DNA of 24,177 nt from an uncultured Thermus sp. (lineage in GTDB: Bacteria; Deinococcota; Deinococci; Deinococcales; Thermaceae), in contig CAMTVD010000038.1 in assembly GCA_947085095.1 (NCBI GenBank), forward strand, positions 1 through 24,177, given 5' to 3'. This document shows, in pieces, positions 15,289 through 23,801 of this stretch (positions are counted from its first letter, which is position 1; each line of letters opens with the position of its first letter). Below the pieces are notes generated by a model, which saw only the letters and a list, made by a program, of their open reading frames with translations, was not told the origin of the DNA and made no database searches. The translations under genes and the position numbers were made by a program.

Positions 15289-17105
15289 GGTCTCTGGGCA
15301 TCGTGCTTGCCCCCCCAAAGGGGGGTTTCCCCTTCCGGGCTAAGGAGGAAGGTGTTGCGGTCGTCTTTTAGCTGGCGTTTGAGGACCTTGAGCACCTTGC
15401 CCTTGGCCTCCTTGTCCAGCACGGGGAAGAGGAGCTCAAAGCGGTTTTGGAAGTTCCGGGGCATGAGGTCGGCGCTGGTGAGGTAGACCGCCCACCTTCC
15501 CCCCTGGCGGAAGGCGGCCACCCGGGCGTGCTCCAGGAAGCGGCCCACCAGGCTACGGACGTGGAAGCGAGGGTGGAGAAGGCTGAGGGTGCTGCGCACC
15601 AGGAGGTCCACCCGGGCCCCCTTCTCCGCCGCCTGGACCAGGGCCTCGAGGATCCCCGGGTCCGTGAGGTGGTTGAACTTGAGGATCACCCGCCCCTTGG
15701 GGTGAGCCTCAGCCTGGATGCGTTCCATAAGAAGCCCCTGGATGGCCTCGCCCGTCTTGAGGAGGCTTAGCCTGGGGGTCCGGCCCTCCTGGAGGGCCTG
15801 GAAGAACTCCGCCACCTCCTTCACCACCTCCTCCTTGGCGGTGAAGAGGGAGAAGTCCGTGTACTGGCGGCCGTTTTGCGGGTTGTAGTTCCCAGTACCC
15901 AGGTGGGCGTACCCCCCCTTTGGGGTGAGGAGGAGGAGGGCCTTGGCGTGGACCTTGCGCTCGGAGAGGGGCAGGACGGCCACGTTCGCCCTTAGGAAGC
16001 GCAGGTACCAGGAGAGGTTCAAGAGCTCGTCAAAGCGGGCCCTGGCCTCCAGGAGAACGTGGACCCGCTTGCCCATCCGGGCTGCCCGGATGAGGGCCTC
16101 GGCCAGGGCGTTCTCCTCGCCGATGCGGTACAGGGTGGCCCAGACCTCCTCCACCTCCGGGCTCAAAGCCGCCTCGGCGAAGCGCTCCACCGCGGCGTAG
16201 TCCTCAAAGGGGTGGTAGAGGAGGAGGTCCTTGTCCTGGAGGCGCTTCAGGGGGTTTTTCAGAAAGGCCCGGGGCCTTTCCGGGGGCAAGGGGGGAAAGC
16301 GCCACTCCGCGGGGCCTTCCGCCACCAGGGTGTCCACCAGGGTCAGGTTCAGGGGGGGCTTGAGGAGGAAGACCTCCTGGGGAAGAAGCCCCAGGGCTTC
16401 CCGCAGAGTTTCCCGCCACTCCAAGGGGAAGCCCGTTTCCACCACCAAAAGGGTGGGAAGCCCTTCCTGCCGCTCCTCCAAGGCCTGGGCCAGCTCGTCC
16501 CAGTCCGCCCGGGCCCTTTCGCTTTCCAGAAGCCGCAGGACCCGGAACTCGTAGAGAGGGCTTTCCTCCGGGAGGAAGAGGTCGCTTCGGGCCCGCATCA
16601 GGGCCCCGAGGCGCACGTAGGTGCCCTCCCGCCCGGGGACCTTTAGGAGGCGGGGGAGGTCTTGGGGCAGGCGCACCAGGTGGCTTTGGGAGGCGAAGTA
16701 GAGGGCCCCGTGGCTGGCGTCCCCCGCCGCCTCCCAGGAGATGAGGTCGGTCTTGGGGGCCACCACCTCGGCCAGGAAGACGCGGAAGTAGAGCCAGTCC
16801 AGCTCGTCCAGGGCTTCTGGCTCCAGGATGCGAAGCCGGGAGGAGGCCTCTTCCAGGAGGGTGCGGTAGCGCTCCTGGGCCAGCAGGGCCTGGGCCCGGG
16901 CTTCCTCCAGAAGCTCCAGGTGCTCCTGGCTACCCCTGGCCTTCAGGAAGGGCTTGGCGATGCGGGCGGCGAAGAACTCGTCCAGGTTGCGGTTCCAGAT
17001 AGAGAGGAAGCGCATCCTTTCCAGAAGAGGAAAGTCGGGCCTCTGGCTTTGCTGGAGGACCCGGCGGTTAAACTGGAGCCAGCTCTGCTCGGGGGGGAGG
17101 CGCAT
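15285..17105 (-). CDS. ppk1: Polyphosphate kinase 1
   Basis: SWLQFNRRVL, NLDEFF, HPFEDY, TLYR, ARFDE, KVHAK (autophosphorylated His), HLGTGNYN and GRFLEHAR motifs. Stop overlaps the convergent adhesin gene. Confidence 0.95.
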   Translation of the reverse strand: MRLPPEQSWLQFNRRVLQQSQRPDFPLLERMRFLSIWNRNLDEFFAARIAKPFLKARGSQEHLELLEEARAQALLAQERYRTLLEEASSRLRILEPEALDELDWLYFRVFLAEVVAPKTDLISWEAAGDASHGALYFASQSHLVRLPQDLPRLLKVPGREGTYVRLGALMRARSDLFLPEESPLYEFRVLRLLESERARADWDELAQALEERQEGLPTLLVVETGFPLEWRETLREALGLLPQEVFLLKPPLNLTLVDTLVAEGPAEWRFPPLPPERPRAFLKNPLKRLQDKDLLLYHPFEDYAAVERFAEAALSPEVEEVWATLYRIGEENALAEALIRAARMGKRVHVLLEARARFDELLNLSWYLRFLRANVAVLPLSERKVHAKALLLLTPKGGYAHLGTGNYNPQNGRQYTDFSLFTAKEEVVKEVAEFFQALQEGRTPRLSLLKTGEAIQGLLMERIQAEAHPKGRVILKFNHLTDPGILEALVQAAEKGARVDLLVRSTLSLLHPRFHVRSLVGRFLEHARVAAFRQGGRWAVYLTSADLMPRNFQNRFELLFPVLDKEAKGKVLKVLKRQLKDDRNTFLLSPEGETPLWGGKHDAQRP

Positions 17106-18626
17106 TTGCTTCAGATTACGCCAGAAAAAGGTCAGAAAGCTGTCAACCCGAGGACGTTAGCGGTCTTGGACCTGGGCTCGGGCACCTTCCGCCTGGTCCT
17201 TTTCGCCTACGCCCCAGGGCGGTTTTTCCGGCTTTTGGACGAGCTCCGCGAGCCCGTGGCCCTGGGAGAGGGGTTGGCCGGGGGGGTGATTGCCATCCCG
17301 GCCCTGGAGCGGGGGAGAAAGGCCTTGAGGGCGTTTGCCAGCTTCCTCCAGGAGGTGGGAGGGGAGGAGGTCGCCACCCTCGCCACCAGCGCCGTCCGCG
17401 ATGCGAGCAACGGTCAGCTGGTCCTGGAGGAGGCCCGGAGGCTGGGCCTGAGCCCCCAGGTGCTCTCGGGGGAGGAGGAGGCCCGGCTGGGAGTGCTGGC
17501 CGTGGCCAACGCCTTCACCTTGCCCGAGGCCCTGGTGGTGGACCAGGGGGGAGGGAGCGCCCAGGTTTCCCTCATGCGGGACCGCCGTTTCCTCTCTGGG
17601 CTGGCCCTCCCCTTGGGGGCCCTGCGCCTCGCGGAGGGGTTCCTTCGCAACGATCCCCCGGGGAAAGGGGAGGTGAGGGCCCTGGAGCGGGAGGTCGCCC
17701 GGCGCCTCAAGGCCCTGCCCCTGGAGCGGGGGGTTCCCCTGGTGGCCCTGGGGGGGAACCTGCGGGCCATCGCCCGCCTGCACCAGAAGCGCCGGGGTTA
17801 CCCCCTGGACCTCCTTCATGGCTACTATTTGCCCAGGGAGGGCGTGGAAACCCTCTACGAGGAGCTCCTTCCTTTGACCGCCAAGGAGCGGGCCGCCCTG
17901 GGGGTGCAGCCGGACCGGGCCAGAACCTTGCCGGCCAGCCTGGCCTTCCTGCGGGTCCTTTTGCGGGAAGCCCGGGCCCCTGGGCTTTGGGTGAGCGGGG
18001 TGGGCATCCGGGAGGGGGTGCTGTTTACCCGGATGTGGCCGGAGCCCCACCTCGTGCCGGATCCCCGGGCCTTTGCCGTGGAGAACCTCTTCCTCCACTA
18101 CCCCTTTGCCGAGGCTCACCGGGACCGGGTGAAGGCTCTGGCAGAGGCGCTTTTCCTGGGGCTTTTCCCTCTCCACGGCTACGGGGAGGGGGAGAGGCGG
18201 CTCCTCCTCGAGGCCGCCCACCTCCACGACATCGGTATGCACATCGGCTACCACGAGCACCACAAGCACGGGGCCTACCTGGTCCTCTCGGGTCCCCTCT
18301 TCGGGTTCAGCCACCGGGAGCAGGCCCTTTTGGCCCTGCTGGTCCGCTACCACCGCCGGGGGAGACCGGAACCTGGCCCCTTCCGCGGCCTTTTCCAGAG
18401 GGGGGATGGGAAGATGCTGAAGAGGCTTGCGGCCATGTTGCGCCTGGCGGAGATGCTGGAACGCACCCGTTCGGGCCGGGTGCGGGGGGTGCGGGTGGAG
18501 GTGGGGGAGAGGGTGCGCCTTGTCCTGGAGGCTTCGGATGAGCCCTGGGTGGAGCGCCTGGAGGTGGAGAAGCAGGAGGGGCTTTTCCGGGAGGCCTTTG
18601 GTCTTGGGTTGGAGGTGGCGTGGTAG
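17106..18626 (+). CDS. ppx: Ppx/GppA exopolyphosphatase with HD domain
   Basis: AVLDLGSGTFRL, ATSAVRDASN, LSGEEEARLG, DQGGGSAQ, GVGIREG and LHDIG motifs. Start placed at TTG 17106, with GGAGG at 17096-17100; exact start uncertain. Confidence 0.92.
   Translation: MLQITPEKGQKAVNPRTLAVLDLGSGTFRLVLFAYAPGRFFRLLDELREPVALGEGLAGGVIAIPALERGRKALRAFASFLQEVGGEEVATLATSAVRDASNGQLVLEEARRLGLSPQVLSGEEEARLGVLAVANAFTLPEALVVDQGGGSAQVSLMRDRRFLSGLALPLGALRLAEGFLRNDPPGKGEVRALEREVARRLKALPLERGVPLVALGGNLRAIARLHQKRRGYPLDLLHGYYLPREGVETLYEELLPLTAKERAALGVQPDRARTLPASLAFLRVLLREARAPGLWVSGVGIREGVLFTRMWPEPHLVPDPRAFAVENLFLHYPFAEAHRDRVKALAEALFLGLFPLHGYGEGERRLLLEAAHLHDIGMHIGYHEHHKHGAYLVLSGPLFGFSHREQALLALLVRYHRRGRPEPGPFRGLFQRGDGKMLKRLAAMLRLAEMLERTRSGRVRGVRVEVGERVRLVLEASDEPWVERLEVEKQEGLFREAFGLGLEVAW
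17113..17118 (-). promoter_or_regulatory. Putative -10 element of a leaderless or near-leaderless ppk1 transcript
   Basis: TAATCT (TANNNT) lies 7 nt upstream of the ppk1 ATG with no Shine-Dalgarno. A nearby TTGACA is too far away (22 nt) to be its -35. Confidence 0.5.
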
Positions 18627-18658
18627 GTGAAGGGGGGAATAGTGTCACGAGCCGGCAG

Positions 18659-18680
18659 AATCGTGATATTTGGCACAAAT
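18659..18680. promoter_or_regulatory. Putative CRP/FNR-family binding site
   Basis: AAT-CGTGA-TATTTG-GCACA-AAT matches TGTGA-N6-TCACA with two mismatches, in an AT-rich patch centred about 61.5 bp upstream of the predicted TSS. Confidence 0.5.
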
Positions 18681-18695
18681 AAACCACCCTGAGGC

Positions 18696-18724
18696 TTGAC
18701 AACCTCCCCCGGCCAGGGTAGAGT
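18696..18724 (+). promoter_or_regulatory. Sigma-A promoter of the TetR operon
   Basis: TTGACA (18696-18701), 17-bp spacer, TAGAGT (18719-18724). Confidence 0.85.
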
Positions 18725-18729
18725 ACCCT

Positions 18730-18745
18730 TACCAACCGGTCGGTA
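18730..18745. promoter_or_regulatory. TetR (PfmR-type) operator
   Basis: Near-perfect palindrome TACCAACCGGTCGGTA over the predicted TSS. Its reverse complement fits the PfmR consensus TACCGACCGNTNGGTN as I recall it. Confidence 0.8.
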
Positions 18746-18749
18746 GACT

Positions 18750-19325
18750 ATGATCGCCACCACCCGTACCCGCATCCTGGAGGAAGCCGCCAAACTCTTC
18801 ACCGAGAAGGGCTACGAGACCACCAGCGTTCAGGACATCGCCCAGGCCACCGGGCTCTCCAAAGCGGCCCTCTATCACCACTTCCGCAGCAAGGAGGAGG
18901 TCCTGTACGAGATCAGCCTGCAGGCCCTCGAGGGCCTCATCCGGGAAGGGGAGAAGGCCCTGAGCGAGCCCCATCCCCCCCTGGCCCTCCTGCGCTTCAT
19001 GGAGGGGCACGCCCGCTTCTTTGAGGAAAACCACGCCTTTTTCGTCACCATGCTCCAGGGCATCAAAAGCCTTTCCCCCGAGAAACGGGAAAAGACCGTG
19101 GCCCTGCGCGACCGGCACGAGGCCAACCTCCGCACCATCCTGATGCGGGGGATAGAGGCGGGGGTCTTTCGCCCGGTGGACGTGGCCCTGGCGGGGCGGG
19201 CGGTCCTCTCCCTGCTCAACTGGATGATCCGCTGGTTCCGGCCCGGAAGGCCCTTGCGGGCCGAGGAGGTGGCCCGGGTGTACTTTGACCTGATCCTGAG
19301 GGGGCTTGAGAATGAAAATCCCTGA
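18750..19325 (+). CDS. pfmR: TetR-family repressor, PfmR-like
   Basis: TetR HTH (RILEEAAKLFTEKGYETTSVQDIAQATGLSKAALYHHFRSKEE); operator and acyl-CoA gene context match Thermus PfmR. Confidence 0.85.
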   Translation: MIATTRTRILEEAAKLFTEKGYETTSVQDIAQATGLSKAALYHHFRSKEEVLYEISLQALEGLIREGEKALSEPHPPLALLRFMEGHARFFEENHAFFVTMLQGIKSLSPEKREKTVALRDRHEANLRTILMRGIEAGVFRPVDVALAGRAVLSLLNWMIRWFRPGRPLRAEEVARVYFDLILRGLENENP

Positions 19326-20448
19326 ACACAAGGAGATCCGCGGGCTGGCTAGGCGCTTCCTCTCGGAGCGGGGGGAGGCCTTACGGGAGTACGAGGAGAA
19401 GGAGGCCCTCCCCTGGCCCTTGGTGGGGGAGATGGCAAAGCTGGGCTTCCTCGGGGTCTTCGTGCCCGAGGAGCTGGGCGGGGCAGGTCTGGACTTCTGG
19501 GCCTACATCGCCCTCCTGGAGGAGATGGGGGGGTACGCCTCCTTGCGCTCCGTCCTTTCCGTGCAGCAGAGCCTGGTCCTGACCCCCATCCTCGCCTACG
19601 GCACCGAGGAGCAGAAAAAGCGGTACGTTCCCCCCCTGGCCCGGGGGGAGGTCCTGGGGGCCTATGCCCTCACTGAGCCGGAAGCTGGCTCGGACGCGGG
19701 AAGCCTCAGGACCAGGGCCCACCGGGACGGGGACCACTACGTGCTGGAGGGGCAAAAGACCTTCATCTCCCACGCCAACGTGGCCGAGGTTTTCCTCGTT
19801 TTCGCCAAGACGGACCCGGACGAGGGCAGCAAGGGCATCACCGCCTTCCTCGTGGAGCGGCAGGACGGGGTCAGAACCGCCCCCCTCAAGGGGAAGCTGG
19901 GCCTAAGGGCGGCGGACACAGGGATGGTCTTCCTGGACGGGGTGCGGGTGCCCAAGGACAGGGTCCTGGGCCAGGAAGGGGAGGGGTTTAAGATCGCCCT
20001 CGCCACCTTGGATACGGGGCGCATCTCCTTGGCGGCGGGGGCGGTGGGCCTGATGCAAAGGGCCTTGGACCTTTCCGTGGCCTACGCCAGGGAGCGGCAA
20101 CAGTTCGGCAAGCCCATCGGGGCCTTCCAGCTCATCCAGGAGAAGCTGGCGGAGATGAAGCTGGACCTCGAGGCCAGCCGCCTCCTCACTTACCAGGCGG
20201 TGTGGAAGAAGCTCTCCGGGGAGCGGTACACCCTCGAGGCCAGCATGGCCAAGCTCTTCGCCTCCGAGGCCGCCAACCGGGTGGCCTACCGGGCCATCCA
20301 GGTCCACGGGGGGTATGGCTTCTTTGAGGAGTACGAGGTGGCGAGGCTTTATCGGGATGCCCGCATCCTCACCCTCTACGAGGGGACGAGCGAGATTCAG
20401 AAGCTGGTCATCGGGGCCCATCTGACGGGGCTTAGGGCCTTCGCCTGA
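19312..20448 (+). CDS. Acyl-CoA dehydrogenase
   Basis: YALTEPEAGSDA, GQKTFIS, RQQFGKPIG, QVHGGYG and LYEGTSEIQ motifs. ATG at 19312 overlaps the TetR gene end. Confidence 0.95.
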   Translation: MKIPEHKEIRGLARRFLSERGEALREYEEKEALPWPLVGEMAKLGFLGVFVPEELGGAGLDFWAYIALLEEMGGYASLRSVLSVQQSLVLTPILAYGTEEQKKRYVPPLARGEVLGAYALTEPEAGSDAGSLRTRAHRDGDHYVLEGQKTFISHANVAEVFLVFAKTDPDEGSKGITAFLVERQDGVRTAPLKGKLGLRAADTGMVFLDGVRVPKDRVLGQEGEGFKIALATLDTGRISLAAGAVGLMQRALDLSVAYARERQQFGKPIGAFQLIQEKLAEMKLDLEASRLLTYQAVWKKLSGERYTLEASMAKLFASEAANRVAYRAIQVHGGYGFFEEYEVARLYRDARILTLYEGTSEIQKLVIGAHLTGLRAFA

Positions 20449-20463
20449 GAAAGGAGGTAAGGA

Positions 20464-20916
20464 ATGCCGCTTTACTTTGAAGACTTCCAGGTAGGTCAGA
20501 GGTTCACCACCCCGGCCCGCACCGTGACCGAGGCCGACATCGCCAACTTCGCCGGGGTCTCCGGGGACTACAACCCCATCCACACCGACGCCGAGTTCGC
20601 CAAGACCACACCCTTCGGGGAGCGCATCGCCCATGGCCTCCTGGTCCTTTCCATGCTCACGGGCCTCAGGCAGCGCTCCGGCCACTTTGAGGGGACCCTT
20701 ATCGCCTGGCTGGAGATCCGGAACTACCGGTTTTTGAAGCCCGTCCTCATCGGGGACACGGTGCACGGGGAGACGGAGATCCTGGAGAAGCGGGAGACCT
20801 CGAGGCCCGACCGGGGCATCCTGGTGCAGAGGGTGCGGGTGGTGAACCAGAGGGGCGAGGTGGTCCAGGAGGGGGAGTTCGTGACCTTGGTGCGGCGGAA
20901 GGAAGGGGGGGCGTGA
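20464..20916 (+). CDS. MaoC/hotdog-fold (R)-enoyl-CoA hydratase-like protein
   Basis: YFEDF and FAGVSGDYNPIHTD..IAHG hydratase-2 motif; strong AGGAGG RBS. Confidence 0.93.
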   Translation: MPLYFEDFQVGQRFTTPARTVTEADIANFAGVSGDYNPIHTDAEFAKTTPFGERIAHGLLVLSMLTGLRQRSGHFEGTLIAWLEIRNYRFLKPVLIGDTVHGETEILEKRETSRPDRGILVQRVRVVNQRGEVVQEGEFVTLVRRKEGGA

Positions 20917-21656
20917 TGGGAAGGCTGGAAGGCAAGGTGGTCCTCATCACCGGGGCGGCCCACGGGATCGGGCGGGCCACCCTGGAGCTTTTTGCCAGGG
21001 AAGGGGCGAGGCTCATCGCCTGCGACCTGGAGGAGGAGGCCTTGCGGGAAGCCGCGGAGGCCACGGGGGCCCTGGCCATCCCCATGGACGTGGCGGACCC
21101 CCATTCGGTAGAGGCGGGGTTCGGGGAGGCCCTGGCGGCCTTCGGCCGTCTGGACGGGGTGGTGCACTACGCGGGGATCACCCGGGACAACTTCCACTGG
21201 AAGATGCCCCTAGAGGACTGGGACCTGGTCCTCAAGGTCAACCTCACGGGAAGCTTCCTGGTGGCGAAAGCCGCCAGCGAGGCCATGCGGGAGAGGAACC
21301 CGGGGAGCATCGTCCTCACCGCAAGCCGGGTCTATTTGGGGAACCTGGGCCAGGCCAACTACGCCGCCTCCAAGGCGGGGGTGGTGGGGCTCACCCGCAC
21401 CCTGGCCCTGGAGCTGGGGCGGTGGGGGATCCGGGTGAACGCCCTGGCCCCGGGCTTCATTGAGACGCGGATGACGGCCAAGGTGCCGGAGAAGGTGCGG
21501 GAGAAGGCCATCGCCGCCACGCCCCTGGGGCGGAGCGGGAGGCCCTTGGAGGTGGCCTACGCGGCCCTCTTCCTGGTCTCCGAGGAGTCCAGCTTCATCA
21601 CCGGCCAGGTCCTCTTCGTGGATGGGGGGCGGACCATCGGAGCGGCTCCTGCCTAA
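20913..21656 (+). CDS. SDR oxidoreductase, 3-oxoacyl-ACP/CoA reductase (FabG-like)
   Basis: TGAAHGIG, AGITRD, GQANYAASK and PGFIET motifs. Start at GTG 20913 or ATG 20916. Confidence 0.93.
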   Translation: MMGRLEGKVVLITGAAHGIGRATLELFAREGARLIACDLEEEALREAAEATGALAIPMDVADPHSVEAGFGEALAAFGRLDGVVHYAGITRDNFHWKMPLEDWDLVLKVNLTGSFLVAKAASEAMRERNPGSIVLTASRVYLGNLGQANYAASKAGVVGLTRTLALELGRWGIRVNALAPGFIETRMTAKVPEKVREKAIAATPLGRSGRPLEVAYAALFLVSEESSFITGQVLFVDGGRTIGAAPA

Positions 21657-21685
21657 GGGGTAGGATAGGGGAGAAGGAGGAGGGT

Positions 21686-22162
21686 ATGAAGGGTCACCCC
21701 GAGGTCATCCAAAGCTTGCAGGAGAGGCTCTCCGAGGAGCTGGCAGCCATTTTGCAGTACATGGTCCACGCGGAGATGGCGGAGAACTGGGGTTTCAAGG
21801 CCCTGGCCAAGCACCTCAAGGCCCACGCCATCACCGAGATGCGCCACGCCGAGAAGCACATTGAGAGGATCCTCTTCCTGGAGGGCTTCCCAGAGGTGAG
21901 CCGCATCGGCGAGATCCGGATCGGGAAGAGCGTCCAGGAGATCCTCTTCAAGGACTACGAGGGGGAACTACAGGCGGTGAAGGGCTACAACGAGACCATG
22001 AACCTGGCCCAGAGCCTGGGGGACAACGGCACCCGGGACATGGTGGCGGAGATCCTCCAGGACGAGGAGGCCCACGTGGACTGGCTGGAAACCCAGCGGG
22101 AGCTCATGGAGCAGATGGGCCTCAGCAACTACCTGCAGTACCTGGCTGGGGAGGCCGGTTAG
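21686..22162 (+). CDS. bfr: Bacterioferritin
   Basis: MKG start, ELAAILQY, EMRHA (ferroxidase ligands and heme-ligating Met), ERILFLEG, DEEAHVDWLE; AGGAGG RBS. Confidence 0.95.
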   Translation: MKGHPEVIQSLQERLSEELAAILQYMVHAEMAENWGFKALAKHLKAHAITEMRHAEKHIERILFLEGFPEVSRIGEIRIGKSVQEILFKDYEGELQAVKGYNETMNLAQSLGDNGTRDMVAEILQDEEAHVDWLETQRELMEQMGLSNYLQYLAGEAG

Positions 22163-22497
22163 GGGACCGGGGCCCCCAGGTGCTTTCTCGCCCAGCGCTC
22201 CACCGCCTGGATGACCTCCTCTAGCTCCCTGCCCGAAGGGGTCAGGCGGTACCGGGTGCGGGGGGGCATGTAGGACTCCACGGTCTTCTCCACCACCCCC
22301 AGGCTCACCAGGTGCTCCAGGCGCTGGGAAAGGGTGGCGGGGTTCACCCCGCCAACGGCCCGGGAGAGCTCGTTGAACCCCTTGGGGCCTTCTAGAAGAG
22401 CCCGGATGATGTGTAGCGTCCACTTCTCCTGCAGCAGGTTGAGGGCGGCGTAGACGGGGCAGAAGGCGCTTTCTTCCCGCGCCGGAGAGTCGGCCAT
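22159..22497 (-). CDS. HxlR/DUF24-family winged-helix regulator
   Basis: CPVYAALNLLQEKWTLHII..GPKGFNEL..TLSQRLEHL..PPRTRYRLTPSG. Confidence 0.92.
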   Translation of the reverse strand: MADSPAREESAFCPVYAALNLLQEKWTLHIIRALLEGPKGFNELSRAVGGVNPATLSQRLEHLVSLGVVEKTVESYMPPRTRYRLTPSGRELEEVIQAVERWARKHLGAPVP

Positions 22498-22503
22498 AAC
22501 CCC

Positions 22504-22523
22504 ATGGTAGCACGGGGGTGCTA
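22504..22523 (-). promoter_or_regulatory. Leaderless extended -10 promoter of the HxlR gene with overlapping palindrome
   Basis: Minus strand TGc-TACCAT, 6 nt, then ATG; palindrome TAGCAC-GGGG-GTGCTA at 22508-22523. Confidence 0.65.
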
Positions 22524-22537
22524 GCTTTGGCGAAGCG

Positions 22538-23461
22538 CTAGAGTTCAGGGAGCCTCGAGGCCGCCTCCTTGAGCCTTTCCCGGGAAGCGTGGAGGTAGAT
22601 CTGGGTGGTGGCGATGGACTCGTGGCCCAGGAGGTCCTTGACCGCGTCCAGCTCCACGCCGCTTTCCACCAGGAGGGTGGCGTAGGCGTGGCGGAGCTTG
22701 TGGGGGGTGAAGCGCCTGGGGTCCAGGCCCGCCCGGAGGGCCGCCTCCCGGAACCTGGCCTCCACGTAGCGGGCAGAGGGTACCCGGCCCCGGCGCTTAC
22801 CCTGGGTAAAAGTGAATATATTCACATTACCCTGGGGGGGTCCCAGTTCCAAGAGCACGCCCTGGGCCGTGCGGGACAGGGGCACCAGCCTTTCCTTGTT
22901 GCCCTTGCCCACCACCCGGACGGCCACGGGGTGCCCGTTTTCCTGCAGGATGTTGCGCCCCTTCAAGGAGAGGGCCTCGGAGATTCTTAGGCCCGTGCCG
23001 TAGAGGAAGCGGGCCAGGGAGGTGAGCAGGCGGGCCTCCTTTTCCTGGGACAGGGCCTCGAGGAAGCGCCTGAGCTCCTCGGGGCTCGGATGCAGGGGAA
23101 GCCGCCTCCCGGCCTTGGGACGGCCGATGCCCTCGGTGGGGTCCTCCACGGCCTCGCCCCGCACCTGGGCCAGGTAGCGGTAGTAGCTCCTGAGGGCGGC
23201 GAGAAACCCTTGGACCCGCCTGGGGGCCCAGCGCTCCTCGAGGAGGATGGCCCGCACCGCCTCGGGGCCTGGGGGGAGGCCCTGGGCCTTCAGGAAGCGG
23301 AGCCAGAGGGCCAGGTCCTGGAGGTAGCGGCGGACCCCCCGGGGGGAGTAGCCCCGCTCCAGGAGCAGGTACTCCGCATAGGGGGCCAAGGGCAGAAGGG
23401 CCTCTGCGGGCTTTTTAATGCCGATGGTTTTCCATATAACGGGGATGGCGGGTTCGGCCAC
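22538..23461 (-). CDS. XerC/XerD-like tyrosine recombinase
   Basis: Complete catalytic set GLRISE, GKGNKER, HKLRH, LLGH and TTQIY, plus the N-terminal core-binding domain. Start placed at GTG 23461, 6 nt after a perfect TATAAT. Confidence 0.92.
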   Translation of the reverse strand: MAEPAIPVIWKTIGIKKPAEALLPLAPYAEYLLLERGYSPRGVRRYLQDLALWLRFLKAQGLPPGPEAVRAILLEERWAPRRVQGFLAALRSYYRYLAQVRGEAVEDPTEGIGRPKAGRRLPLHPSPEELRRFLEALSQEKEARLLTSLARFLYGTGLRISEALSLKGRNILQENGHPVAVRVVGKGNKERLVPLSRTAQGVLLELGPPQGNVNIFTFTQGKRRGRVPSARYVEARFREAALRAGLDPRRFTPHKLRHAYATLLVESGVELDAVKDLLGHESIATTQIYLHASRERLKEAASRLPEL

Positions 23462-23467
23462 GGGGGT

Positions 23468-23473
23468 ATTATA
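23468..23473 (-). promoter_or_regulatory. -10 element of the recombinase gene (leaderless)
   Basis: TATAAT-ACCCCC-GTG on the minus strand. Confidence 0.7.
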
Positions 23474-23501
23474 CATGCGCGAAATGTACCTTTCGCGAAC
23501 A
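23474..23501. other. dif-like 11-6-11 recombination or binding site
   Basis: CATGCGCGAAA-TGTACC-TTTCGCGAACA: inverted CGCGAAA/TTTCGCG around a 6-bp spacer; the left arm and spacer resemble E. coli dif GGTGCGCATAA-TGTATA. Confidence 0.6.
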
Positions 23502-23661
23502 ATGTAAACAAAAGGGGCGTCCAGGGAAAGGATCCCCCTTCGGCAAGGAGCGACGCAGGCCTTCGGCGGGAACCTCCCATCCATTCTCCTCATAGGGGCA
23601 GGTACCGGATGGCGTTTTCCAAGTCTTCCTCGTCCACAGGGCCCATTTTTTGTAACACGCC

Positions 23662-23757
23662 CTATACAACCGCAGACAGCCGCACTCGGCTCTGGGATAC
23701 CTCACGCCCGAGGCTTTTGCGGAGGGTGTCTTGAAAGGGGGTGGGGGTCCTGACTAA
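23662..23757 (+). pseudogene. IS3-family (rve integrase-type) transposase C-terminal remnant
   Basis: LYNRRQPHSALGYLTPEAFAE..* matches the YNxxRxHSxLGYxTP tail; an in-frame stop just upstream shows truncation. Confidence 0.8.
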
Positions 23758-23801
23758 ACTGGCGGGTGAGAGGACCTCTTGACTGAGGGTAAGAACGAGC
23801 T

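Noticed and set aside
15310..15328. CCCCCCAAAGGGGGGTTT hairpin similar to the one at 2465
   Set aside because: It lies within ppk1 codons (ETPLWGG). It could terminate the adhesin transcript but is too short to support.
16662..17105. N-terminal extension of Ppx in the ORF track
   Set aside because: It overlaps the ppk1 coding region in antisense; Ppx homology starts near 17157.
23462..23593. Longer N-terminus of the recombinase (351 aa)
   Set aside because: It runs through the AT-rich promoter and palindrome; a leaderless GTG at 23461 fits better.
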